This document shows positions 31,259-41,118 of a stretch of 64,000 nucleotides of DNA, one piece after another. Location: assembly GCA_963798915.1 (NCBI GenBank), contig CAWCVB010000005.1, positions 153,291-217,290 on the forward strand. The letters run 5' to 3'. The position numbers and the translations under genes were made by a program. The notes beneath the pieces are model-generated. The model was not told the origin of the DNA. It did not search any database and saw only the letters and a list, made by a program, of their open reading frames with translations. Origin of the DNA: an uncultured Gemmatimonadales bacterium. GTDB lineage: Bacteria; Gemmatimonadota; Gemmatimonadetes; Gemmatimonadales; GWC2-71-9. Within the stretch, counting starts at the first letter, position 1. Each line of letters begins with the position of its first letter.

Positions 31259-31900
31259 ATGAAGCATGTCATTCGCGGTATCGGTGCCGCTGCCGCGCTG
31301 CTGGCTGTTGCCGGCAATGCGTGGGCCATCAGCCCTGGCACTTATACCAACGTCTGTGGCGGCACGAGTTTCGAAACGTGCGCCACGATCACCATCGGCT
31401 TTGATAACGTTACCAACACGCTGACGGTGGACATCACCAACTTGTCGGCCAATGGCGACAAGATCACGGCCATCGGTTTCGACGGCCTCACCCTGGCCGC
31501 GACGTCGGGCACAGTGGATGGCGCGCTCGCGAACTGGTCGCCCGTGCTGTCCGGTGGGCCGAACGACATTCAGGCTGAGGCTGGCTGGGAACAGGGCCCA
31601 GGCGATCCCAACGTGTATGGCATCGCGAACGACGGGAACACCTACACCTTCACCCTGGTGTTCACCGGTGACCCGGGCCTGGCTGGCGCTACGTTCGGCT
31701 ATCACTCGCAGGCTGGCCCGAACGGCTGCTCCACCAAGCTGTTCCTCGATCCGAATGGCGATCCGAATACGATCTCCTCGGTCGACCCGGACTGCGCCAC
31801 CACCACGGTGCCTGAGCCGGTTACCATGTCCCTGCTCGCCACCGGCCTTGCCGGCATGGGCGGCGCTGGGCTGGTTCGTCGTCGCAACAAGAAGGCGTAA
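31259..31900 (+). CDS. PEP-CTERM sorting-domain protein
   Basis: Signal peptide, Thr/Gly-rich body, VPEP-TM-RRRNKKA tail, GAGAGGA RBS. Confidence 0.95.
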   Translation: MKHVIRGIGAAAALLAVAGNAWAISPGTYTNVCGGTSFETCATITIGFDNVTNTLTVDITNLSANGDKITAIGFDGLTLAATSGTVDGALANWSPVLSGGPNDIQAEAGWEQGPGDPNVYGIANDGNTYTFTLVFTGDPGLAGATFGYHSQAGPNGCSTKLFLDPNGDPNTISSVDPDCATTTVPEPVTMSLLATGLAGMGGAGLVRRRNKKA

Positions 31901-31973
31901 TACGAGCATCTGGTCGTGCGCCCTCACGGGCACGAGCCGAACATCGTAGCGACGCGTAGTTTGCAGCACAATC

Positions 31974-32002
31974 AAAGGGCGGCCAATGGCCGCCCTTTTT
32001 TT
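31974..32002 (+). terminator. Intrinsic terminator
   Basis: AAAGGGCGGCC-AAT-GGCCGCCCTTTTTTT downstream of the PEP-CTERM gene. Confidence 0.9.
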
Positions 32003-32127
32003 GCCCGGTGACGACTGTCACCGCCTCGCCGGCGCCTTCCCGCTATTCAAGGGGGGGAGGTGTCCCATGCTGCGCCACTCGATCAGTGTCATGGTAGATC
32101 AAGCGATGCCAGCGGACGGGTTGCATC

Positions 32128-33075
32128 TCATGTGGTAAACCACTCCCAAGTTCGGCGGAGGCCCTCCTCCACATTCACGCCTGGATGGTACCCGAGTACC
32201 TGGGCGGCTCGCTCGAGACTCGCCTGAGAATCACGGACATCACCCGCGCGTGGTGGGGCATACTGCCGTTTCACCTTGCGTCCGGTGACCGTTTCCACGA
32301 GGTCCAGCAACTGGTTCAACGAGATTCTGCTGCCGGCCCCGGCGTTGGAGACCCATCCATTGACGCGCTCGGCTGGCCCGAACGCGCCCAGCATGTTCGC
32401 CTCCACCACATTGGCGATGTAGGTGAAGTCGCGCGTTTGATCCCCGTCACCAAAAATTGTCGCAGTTGCTCCAGATTGTGCCGCCTGCAGGAAGACCGGG
32501 ATGACCGCTGCGTACGCACTCGTGGGACTCTGCCTCGGCCCGAAGACATTGAAGTAACGGAGCGCAACGCCCTCGAGCAGGCCGGCGCGGCCGTAGGCCA
32601 GCACGTACTGCTCGCCTGCCAGCTTGGCCGTTGCATATGGTGACCGGCAGAGCGGCTCCATGGTCTCCACCTTGGGCAGCACCGCCGTATCGCCATAGAC
32701 CGAACTCGAGCTGGAATAGACGACCCGCCGAGCCTTGGCGCGCCGCGCCGCCTCGAGCACCTGGATCGTCCCATTCACGTTGTGGTCATTGCACGCGACT
32801 GGGTCCTCGATGGACCGGGGCACACTGGGCAGGGCCGCCACATGAAACACGATTTCCGCTCCCTTGCAGGCGCGGTCACAGTCGGCGGCCTGGCGGATGT
32901 CGCCTTCGATGAACGCGATGCGCTCCATCACCTCGGCCAGGTTCTCGCGTGAGCCGGTGCTCAGGTTGTCGATGACCGTGACCTGATGACCGTCGTCCAG
33001 CAGCCGGCGGACGATGTGAGAACCGATAAAGCCTGCGCCGCCCGTCACCAGGCAGGTGGTCGTGGATGCCGCCAT
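32128..33075 (-). CDS. NAD-dependent nucleotide-sugar epimerase (WbpP-like UDP-GlcNAc 4-epimerase)
   Basis: TGGAGFIGSH, SSSSVYG, YATAK and LRYFNVFGPRQ motifs. Confidence 0.92.
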   Translation of the reverse strand: MAASTTTCLVTGGAGFIGSHIVRRLLDDGHQVTVIDNLSTGSRENLAEVMERIAFIEGDIRQAADCDRACKGAEIVFHVAALPSVPRSIEDPVACNDHNVNGTIQVLEAARRAKARRVVYSSSSSVYGDTAVLPKVETMEPLCRSPYATAKLAGEQYVLAYGRAGLLEGVALRYFNVFGPRQSPTSAYAAVIPVFLQAAQSGATATIFGDGDQTRDFTYIANVVEANMLGAFGPAERVNGWVSNAGAGSRISLNQLLDLVETVTGRKVKRQYAPPRAGDVRDSQASLERAAQVLGYHPGVNVEEGLRRTWEWFTT

Positions 33076-34311
33076 CTAGGCTGATCCTCGTGGAGTGGGT
33101 TCGAGCTGCCGGGCGGTGCCGGCTGACGGTATCCGGGCCAGGGCAACCTGAGCGTTGGTCTGGACCAGTCCCTCAAACGGCCGTCCCTTCAACACCTGCA
33201 GGTGAGCACCGGGTCCGGTGGCGATGTCGCCACGCCGGTCCTTGAGGCGGACGCTGGAATCGAGGCCGTACAGGCCCGCCGGAACATTCATGTCGAGCTG
33301 GAATTCGAGCTCGAACGGCCCGGAGCGGGGCAGGGCCACTTCGCCGTGGTCGGTGGTGATGGTCGAAAGCAGCCGGCCATCCTCGAGACTGCGAAGCGCC
33401 AGCACCACAATTTCGCGGCCGGTGGAGCGCTGGCCGTTGACCTGGCCAATGATGCTGACTCGGACGGGACCACCGGAGCGGACCTGCTCGCCCTCGGCCA
33501 CCCGGATGCGTTCCAGCACCACGGGGCCGTCCGGGTCGGTCGGCGCCTGTTCCACGGCGAGGTAGCGCCGGATGCACTCGGGGGTGGGGCCGGCGAATTT
33601 CACCTCCCCGTGCTCCATCAGGATGGACTTGGTGCAGAGCTCGGCGATCCGGTCAAGCTGATGGGACACCACGACCACCGGGATGCCGCTGCGGGCCAGA
33701 TCCTTCATGCGCCCGAAAGCGCGCTGCTGGAACTCGAAGTCTCCCACCGCCAGCACTTCATCGATGATGAGCACGTCGGGGGAGAGATGCGCGGCGATGG
33801 CAAAGCCCAGCCTGGCATTCATGCCGCTGGAGTAGCGCTTGACCGGGGTATCGATGAAGGGAGCGATGCCGGCAAATTCGACGATGTCGTCGAACCGCTG
33901 GCGAATCAGCGACTTGGGCATCCCCATGATGGCGCCCTGCAGGAAGACGTTCTCGCGTCCCGTCAGGTCCTGATGGAAGCCGGCGGCGATCTCGATCAGG
34001 GCGCCCACCCGGCCCCGCACCTCGGCGCGTCCCAGGGTGGGCGGAAGGATCTTGATCAGCGTCTTGAGGATGGTCGACTTGCCCGCGCCATTGCGGCCGA
34101 TGATGCCCAGCACATCTCCGGCTCCCACCTCGAAGCTCACGTCCCGCACCGCCCAGAACTGGTCGCGCGCCCAGTTCACTCCGCTTGACGCCGCGTCCGG
34201 TGAGGTTGCGGGCAACGGCAGGAATCAGGTCGCGCAGGCTGTCGTGCCGCTCGCCGCGCTGGAATTTCTTCCAGACCCGGTCGAATTCATGCCAGGATCG
34301 ATGTCAGACAT
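33076..34311 (-). CDS. Wzt polysaccharide ABC transporter ATPase with C-terminal domain (N-terminal frameshifts)
   Basis: GRNGAGKST, YSSGMNARLGF and IDEVLAVGD motifs; N-terminal FDRVWKKF segment is in other frames. Confidence 0.9.
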
Positions 34312-35201
34312 TTTCAGCAAAGGCGGGTTGAGAGCGATGGAAGATGAGGACCGCCAGGATCAGGCCGAGGACGGCCCAGCCGCCAGTGTAGAGCAGGGAG
34401 GCGCGGGTGCCATGCCGCGACCACCTCGCCCTTGTTGGTCACGATCGAGAGCGGCTCGAGCAAGTTATGCCCTTGCACCACCGAAAGCCGGAGGCCTTCG
34501 AGCACCGGCGTAAGCGGATTGAGCCACATGAGCCAAGAACGCTTTCCGGGGCCCATCATGGATGGCTCGTAGAATACCGGGGTGAAGAGGATGCCGAACG
34601 TCAGGACGACCTGGACGATGTACTTCACGTCCCGGAAGAACAGGTTGGCGCAGCTCAGGAAAATCACGATCGCGGAGGTGAGCAGCCAGAGCATCGCGAG
34701 CAGGAGCGGCGCCCAGAGCACCGTGACGTGCAGCGTGACGCCGAGGAGCGGCAGCAGCACGACCAGCGCAACGAGGCCGATGCCCGTATCGAATGTCTGC
34801 GCCAGGATCGCAGCAATCGGCAGGACCTCGCGCGGAAAGTAGACTTTGGCAATCAGGTTGTGATTGGAGGTAAGCACGGTGGTGCCAAAGGTGACCGCAC
34901 CGGCGAAGAAAGACCATGCCACACCCTTGAGGCAATGCCGGCGATGTCCGCTCGTCCGACACTGGTTCCCGATGCCTGGCCCATGGCCACCCGGATGAGC
35001 GCACCGGCGAGGACGATCAGGATGGGCATGAAGATGGCCCAGCCGAACCCCATGACAGCCTGCTTGTAGCGGATCCGGATATCGCGCCGTGCGAACTCGA
35101 ACATCAGCTCGCGGAAGGCGCGGAGGTCGGCGATGACTTCGCGCAAGTCACCCAGCGGACTTTGGCGACGGGGGACGAGCGCTGCTGATTGCGTCAGTCA
35201 C
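34304..35201 (-). CDS. Wzm polysaccharide ABC transporter permease (frameshifted)
   Basis: RRDIRIRYKQAVMGFGWA, KVYFPRE, FFRDV, TPVFY, LNPLT and C-terminal FAENV across frames. Confidence 0.88.
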
Positions 35202-35491
35202 GCGCGGTATTCTCCCTGCTCAAGGTAGAATCCGGCTGGCCGGGAGCAAGTTTCGTGCGCCAGACGGATACATCTGCGGCGCGCGATGCCATGAATCAGC
35301 GCGGGCCGCGTCGTCGGTCGCGGCGGAAATACAACAGTTTCGTCGCTGTCACGCAACGACGCGACGCCCGGGCGTTGCTTTGGTGACGCAAGTCTCCCGC
35401 GCCACGCCATCGTCTGAGAACGAAGTCTTGTGGCTGAAGGCTCGGCGCAATCGTGCCTGCGTTCGTGCGGCCAGCTTGCAGAGCGCCGGAA

Positions 35492-36463
35492 TCACCCGCC
35501 CGCGCGGGGGCGTCCAGACCGGGGCGGACGAAGGAGCATCTGAAGCGCGCCTGGTATCCGATCGAAGACCCAGGCCCCCAGCCGCCAGGCCGGCCGCAAT
35601 AGCGTGGTGCGTCGCCGCCAGCGACGGTAGATGGGCTCCGCTTCGGGCACCAGCGGGTGCAGGCTGAGGATGGCCTTGAGACTCTCATTGGCGCGTTGGT
35701 GCCAAGCGGTGTTCAGATCCGCCTCGTAGGCGCGATGCAACGCCGCGACGCTGCGATCCCGCTCGACGGGTTCAAGAGTGGGGGCCAAGTCCTGCCAGAA
35801 GTCGTGTCGCACTTGCCAGGCGGAGCGGAACATCTGGCTCAAGCTCCGGGAATGTTGCTGCGCCATGCACCCGATAGCGCACCAGCCGCTGATGGCTGCA
35901 GACGAACCGGGTAGTGATGGGCGAGCCGCATCCACAGGTCGTAGTCCTCCGCGTGGCGCATGCCATCGCGATAACCTCCTGCCGCGAGCAACGCCGTTCG
36001 CCGCACCACGGCCCACTCTGGATCACCGGATTCTGCTCCCAGAGAGTCTCGAGTGCCGCTACCGGAACGCCATCTGGCAGTACGAACGGCGGCAGATGAT
36101 TCGTGGCGCCGAAGTGACTCACCATGGAAAAGGCGACCGCCGCGTCCGGGTGCTGCTCCAGCAGGCCGGCGCAGACCAGCAGATGATCCGGCTCCCAGAG
36201 ATCGTCGGCATCCAGGAAGGCGATCAGGTCGCCCATCGCTGCGCGCATACCGATGTTGCGTGCCGTGGCTGGACCGCTGTTGACCCCAGTTTCCAGCACC
36301 GTCGCCCCGCTGGCGGCAGCCAGCGCACGGGTCGAATCGGTCGAGCCATCGTCCACCACCAGGATCTCGGCGGGACGCCGGCTCTGGCCCCAGGCCGACG
36401 CGAGGGCGTCTGCGAGGAAGGTGGCTGAGTTATAGGCTGGAATCACCACGCTGATCTTGAGCA
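35492..36463 (-). CDS. Glycosyltransferase family 2 (frameshifted)
   Basis: ISVVIPAYN, VDDGSTD and FLDADD motifs; EDYDLW in a shifted frame. Confidence 0.85.
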
Positions 36464-36481
36464 ATGCGTTCCTTTCGCATC

Positions 36482-36497
36482 TGGCTTGCAATTTGCC
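36482..36497 (+). promoter_or_regulatory. Candidate sigma-54 promoter for the 36638-48113 operon
   Basis: TGGCTTGCAATTTGCC fits TGGC-N7-TTGC. Confidence 0.5.
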
Positions 36498-36637
36498 CAC
36501 CGGCCGCCCGCACTGATCCGTCTCACCAGCGGCACCGGAGGCGGTGGGCGGCTACTTTTGGACCCTGACGGGCATCGCCTCCAGCAAGGGGATCACAGTC
36601 TGGCGAGTCTGCTGAATTCTATCCAGATGAGGCCGTA

Positions 36638-37756
36638 ATGCTGGAGCTTGCTCTGGGCGCCGGGGGGCTGCTGCTGCTCATCTGGGCAGTATATCCCGTT
36701 GTAGTACATGGGGTTGCGGCGCTACGCCGACCCTCCGGCGCCCCGGGAACGGTTGACCCGCACAACTGGCCCGACGTGACCGTCGTGGTTGCGACCCGCG
36801 AGGACGCTGGGCTCGTCAATGCGCGGGTGCGGGATGCGCTGGCCGCCGACTATCCCGCCGACCGCCTGAGCGTGGTCGTTGCACTGGACCATGAGGCCAG
36901 AACCGAGCCAGCGGAGATTGACGCCGCTGGTGGGCGGGTCGTCGTTGTGCGGGGCGAGGCTCCGGGCGGCAAGGCTGCGGCGCTCAACGCAGGCGTCGAG
37001 GCCGCGGCCGGCGAGATTCTGGTCTTCAGTGACACTCACCAGCGGTTCGACCCAGGTGCCCTTCGGCTGCTGGTGAGGATGCTGGAGGGCAACCGTTTCG
37101 GGGCGGTATCGGGTCAGCTCGAATTGGCCGATGCGGGCCGCCGTTCGCTGGTCGAACAGTACTGGCGCTTCGAGCGGCGCCTTCGCCGCGATGAGGCACG
37201 GATCCATTCCGCCATTGGTGTGAGCGGCTCCATCTACGCCATGCGCCGCGCATTGTGGTCGCCACTGCCAGCTGGCCTGATCCTGGATGATCTCTACGTG
37301 CCGATGCGCCTGATCCTCGACGGTTACCGGGTCGGATTCACCGAAGCGGCCAAGGCGTTCGATTCGCGGCGGACCCGGGCGGGGCAGGAGTTCCGGAGGA
37401 AGGTGCGGACCCTGACCGGCAACTTCCAGCTGTGCGCCTGGCTTCCGGCGATGCTGCTGCCCTGGCGTAACCCGGTCTGGCCCCAGTTCATGCTGCACAA
37501 GGTACTGCGGCTGCTCACGCCCTGGCTGGTAATCGCGTTCGTGATTGGTGTGGTGGGGTTGATGCTCTCAGCCTGGGGATGGATGGCGGTGCGGGTGGCG
37601 GCGGCCCTCATGGCCGCTGGCCTCATCGCCGCCGAGGTGCTGGGCGTGCGCAAGCTTGTTCTGGGCTATCTGCGCTGGTTCGTCGTCATGCAGGCCGCGA
37701 TTGCCGTGGCGACGATGAATGGTGTGGCTGGGCGCTGGAACGTCTGGAGACACTGA
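36638..37756 (+). CDS. Glycosyltransferase family 2 (membrane-bound)
   Basis: GKAAALN, FSDTH, GVSGSIYAMRR, LDDL and EFRRKVRTLTGN motifs. Confidence 0.9.
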   Translation: MLELALGAGGLLLLIWAVYPVVVHGVAALRRPSGAPGTVDPHNWPDVTVVVATREDAGLVNARVRDALAADYPADRLSVVVALDHEARTEPAEIDAAGGRVVVVRGEAPGGKAAALNAGVEAAAGEILVFSDTHQRFDPGALRLLVRMLEGNRFGAVSGQLELADAGRRSLVEQYWRFERRLRRDEARIHSAIGVSGSIYAMRRALWSPLPAGLILDDLYVPMRLILDGYRVGFTEAAKAFDSRRTRAGQEFRRKVRTLTGNFQLCAWLPAMLLPWRNPVWPQFMLHKVLRLLTPWLVIAFVIGVVGLMLSAWGWMAVRVAAALMAAGLIAAEVLGVRKLVLGYLRWFVVMQAAIAVATMNGVAGRWNVWRH

Positions 37757-38992
37757 GTGGCTCAAGTCACGTATCTGATAAGTCAGTATCCGGCCTTCAA
37801 TCACACGTTCGTGCTGCGTGAAATCCAGGCCTTGCGCCAGGCTGGCGTGACGGTCTCCACCATCTCGATTCGCGGCGACGACCGTCCCCTCGCTCGGCTG
37901 ACCGACGAGGAACGAGTCGAGCGGGATCAGACCTGGTACGTCAAGGTGCGCGGCGCAGGGGGCTTCCTGCTCGCGTTCGCGCGACAGGCTGCCCGGTCCC
38001 CAGGCCGGCTGGTTCGCTCGGCGCTGATGGCCGGTCGGCTGGGCGGTTGGGACGTGCGCGCCCTCGTGGCGCATCTCTTCTACTGGGCTGAGGCGATGAT
38101 TGTCGCGGACCACCTGGCGCGCACCAGCGCGCAGCATCTACATGTGCACTTCGCCTCAACGGTGGGGCTGCTGGCTCACCTCGCGTCCGGGTGTCCCTTT
38201 TCCGTCACCATTCATGGTCCGGCCGAGTTCGAAACGCCCCACTTCGGGATGAGAGCGAAGGTCCAGCACGCATCGCTGATTGTGACGATCAGCCAGTTCG
38301 GGCGCTCGCAGGTGCTCCGGCAGGTGCGTCTGGAGGATTGGCCGAAGGTTCGCGTTGTCCGGCTTGGCGTGGACACGGCCCGCTACGCGCTACGGGCTCG
38401 ACGCCCCGCCCCTCCACGCTCTGGCATCCTGACCGTAGGCCGCCTGGCTCCGGTCAAGGGGCAGGCGGTGCTGCTCGAGGCCATGAAGCTGCTGGTGGAG
38501 AGTGGGGTGGACGCGGCATTGACGCTGGTGGGTTCCGGCCCCGAACATGACCGCCTTGAGGCGATAGCCGTGCGCCTCGGCCTCGAGGACCGCGTCACCT
38601 TCACCGGCGCCCTCAACCAGATCGAGACGCGCGAACAGTTCGCCCAGGCCGATCTCTTCGCACTCACCAGCTTTGCGGAAGGCATTCCGGTTGTGCTCAT
38701 GGAAGCGATGGCGCTTGGTGTGCCCTGCGTCGCGAGCCGAGTGAATGGCGTCCCGGAGCTGATTGAGCATGGTGTCACAGGGCTCCTCGTTTCCGCCGGT
38801 GATGCCGAGGGAGCTGCAACGTGCATGGCCCGGCTGCTGGCTGACGAGGCCGGCACGACGGCCATGGTGATCGCTGCGCGTGAGTATGTAGCACGACATT
38901 TTGACCTGCTCACCAATGCCCGCCTGCTGGTTGACGAACTGATGCCGTATCTCGAGCGGCGAGGTGCGTCGGACGGAGCCGCACGGCCATGA
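37757..38992 (+). CDS. Glycosyltransferase family 4 (WcaL-like)
   Basis: HTFVLREI, HLHVHF, VGRLAPVKG and EGIPVVLMEAMA motifs. Confidence 0.92.
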   Translation: MAQVTYLISQYPAFNHTFVLREIQALRQAGVTVSTISIRGDDRPLARLTDEERVERDQTWYVKVRGAGGFLLAFARQAARSPGRLVRSALMAGRLGGWDVRALVAHLFYWAEAMIVADHLARTSAQHLHVHFASTVGLLAHLASGCPFSVTIHGPAEFETPHFGMRAKVQHASLIVTISQFGRSQVLRQVRLEDWPKVRVVRLGVDTARYALRARRPAPPRSGILTVGRLAPVKGQAVLLEAMKLLVESGVDAALTLVGSGPEHDRLEAIAVRLGLEDRVTFTGALNQIETREQFAQADLFALTSFAEGIPVVLMEAMALGVPCVASRVNGVPELIEHGVTGLLVSAGDAEGAATCMARLLADEAGTTAMVIAAREYVARHFDLLTNARLLVDELMPYLERRGASDGAARP

Positions 38993-41109
38993 TGAGCAGG
39001 CGAATTCGAGGCCGGTCCCTTCCTGAGCTTCGTGGTCGCGGTGTGCAGGCCCTGTTGACGGCGGCCGAGCGCGTCGGACTGCTCCCCTGGGCGCGCGAGC
39101 CCCGTTCGGGCGGGTTGGCCAAGCTTCTCGAGCCGGGGCTTGAATCCGGCCGGTTCGGGCTTGCAGCCGATGTCGTTGCGTGCTGCAGGGCAACGATTCC
39201 GGGCCTGGTGGACCCGGGCCGAGCGGCTGCCGCGATCGTGGCGACCTGGCCCGACGATGCAGAAGCATTGGTCGAGCGCGGAACAGGCATTCTCAACGGA
39301 AGTTTCGATCTTCTCGGTTACACGGAACTCAAGGTCGGCCAGATGCCCGACTGGCAGCTTGACCCGGTGTCGGGCCGGCGCGCACCCCTGATCCACCGAA
39401 GCCGTATTCCCTACCTGGATGCCGCGAAGGTCGGGGACCACAAGGTCACCTGGGAGTTGAATCGGCATCAGTATCTGGTCACCCTGGCGCAGGCGTGGCT
39501 GATCACGGGCAACGAAAGATTTCCCGCGACAATTGCTGCGCATCTCGAAGGCTGGATGGATGCCAACCCACCCAAGCTGGGCATGAACTGGTCCAGCAGC
39601 CTGGAGGTCGGCTTCCGCGCCATCGCCTGGATCTGGACACTGGCGCTCGCCGGCGACGGGCTCCCATCCGAGCTGGTGCAGCGATGCGCTGGCATGCTGC
39701 ACGTTCACGCGCGACACTTGGAATCGCACCTCTCCACCTGGTTCAGTCCCAATACCCACCTTACCGGCGAGGCGCTGGCGCTGGTGTATCTTGGCCGGGC
39801 ACTGCCGATGTTCCGCCGGAGCGAGCGCTGGCGGACCAGCGGCCTGCGCATTCTGGAAGAAGAAAGTCGCCGCCAGCTCCTGCCTGACGGCGTGTATTTC
39901 GAGCAGGCGACTTACTATCACCGCTACACTACCGACTTCTACCTGCATCTTGCACTGCTCATGGCTGGGCAGGAGGGGGGACGGCCGCACTGGCTGGACC
40001 AGGCGCTGGCCCGCCTTCTGGATTACCTGGTGGCGATCGTGCGCCCGGACGGCACCTGGCCGCTGATCGGAGATGAAGATGGGGGCCGGCTGGTGTGGCT
40101 GAAGTCACGAAATTCCAACGATTTCAGTGATACCTTGGCACTCGGCGCGGTGCTGCTCGGGAGGCGTGAATATTGCTTGCCGGGCAGGGCGCCTTCGGAG
40201 CTTGCGTGGCTGCTCGGAGCTGGCGCCAGGGCCCGTTGGGAGGCGCTGGGCTCCGTGCCGCCGCCAGGCTTCGCGCTCTTTCCCAAGGGCGGCTATGCCG
40301 TCATGCGAAGCGGGGAAGGCGACTGGTTGCTGATGGAGGCCGGTCCCCATGGCGGATTGGCGGGGGGCCACGCCCACGCCGATGCCCTGGCAGTCGAAGT
40401 CGCGGTTGCGGGAACGATGGTCCTGCAGGATGCCGGCACCTTCACATACGTGGCGGAGCCCGCCTTGCGGGACCAGTTCCGGTCCGGCATGTCGCACTCC
40501 ACGGTGACGCTGGCCGGGGAATCCTCGGCCGTGCCGGCTGGACCGTTTCGCTGGGCGCATCGGAGCGAGGCCGAGTTCGAAGCATGGAAGTCGTCGAGCG
40601 CCTTTGACTTCGTCGCCGGCCGCCAGCGGGGCTTTCGGCAGCTCGGCGCGGACATCGTGCACCGGCGTCAGGTGTTGTGGCTGCGCCAGTGGCGCTGCTG
40701 GATCATTCGCGATCGCTTCGAAGGCACGGAGGCGCCCTTCGCGGCGCATTTCCACTGTGCGCCAGGCATCATCGTGGCGGCGCGCCGGAACACGGCGTTG
40801 TTCCGTGAGTCAGGTGCCAACCTGATGCGGCTGGATGTTCTTGCGGCGAGCTGTGACCTGACCGTGGGGGAGTCCCTGTTCTCACCCGTGTATGGCGCCC
40901 GGGAGACCGTGCAGTCACTGACGGTGCAGGTCACGCATGGCGGAGAACTGCTGACGGTGCTGCGGGCGGCTCCCAGCCAGTTGACCTACGCCCGTGACGT
41001 GACCGGTACGACGGTCATCCTCGAACGGACCGGCGAGGTGGTCGAAGCCTCGGCGGGACCGACGGGATGGCGGCTGGATGGCAGGACTCTCGACTCATTC
41101 GGAGACTGA
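38989..41109 (+). CDS. Heparinase II/III-family / alginate-lyase-like protein
   Basis: WELNRHQ, NTHL, DGVYFEQATYYHRY, HAHADAL and DAGTFTY motifs. Confidence 0.88.
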   Translation: MMSRRIRGRSLPELRGRGVQALLTAAERVGLLPWAREPRSGGLAKLLEPGLESGRFGLAADVVACCRATIPGLVDPGRAAAAIVATWPDDAEALVERGTGILNGSFDLLGYTELKVGQMPDWQLDPVSGRRAPLIHRSRIPYLDAAKVGDHKVTWELNRHQYLVTLAQAWLITGNERFPATIAAHLEGWMDANPPKLGMNWSSSLEVGFRAIAWIWTLALAGDGLPSELVQRCAGMLHVHARHLESHLSTWFSPNTHLTGEALALVYLGRALPMFRRSERWRTSGLRILEEESRRQLLPDGVYFEQATYYHRYTTDFYLHLALLMAGQEGGRPHWLDQALARLLDYLVAIVRPDGTWPLIGDEDGGRLVWLKSRNSNDFSDTLALGAVLLGRREYCLPGRAPSELAWLLGAGARARWEALGSVPPPGFALFPKGGYAVMRSGEGDWLLMEAGPHGGLAGGHAHADALAVEVAVAGTMVLQDAGTFTYVAEPALRDQFRSGMSHSTVTLAGESSAVPAGPFRWAHRSEAEFEAWKSSSAFDFVAGRQRGFRQLGADIVHRRQVLWLRQWRCWIIRDRFEGTEAPFAAHFHCAPGIIVAARRNTALFRESGANLMRLDVLAASCDLTVGESLFSPVYGARETVQSLTVQVTHGGELLTVLRAAPSQLTYARDVTGTTVILERTGEVVEASAGPTGWRLDGRTLDSFGD

Positions 41110-41118
41110 AGCGGAATC

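Noticed and set aside
35365..35379. GCCCGGGCGTTGCT shared with the hairpin at about 51018-51031
   Set aside because: A single short GC-rich match that could be chance; no further shared context.
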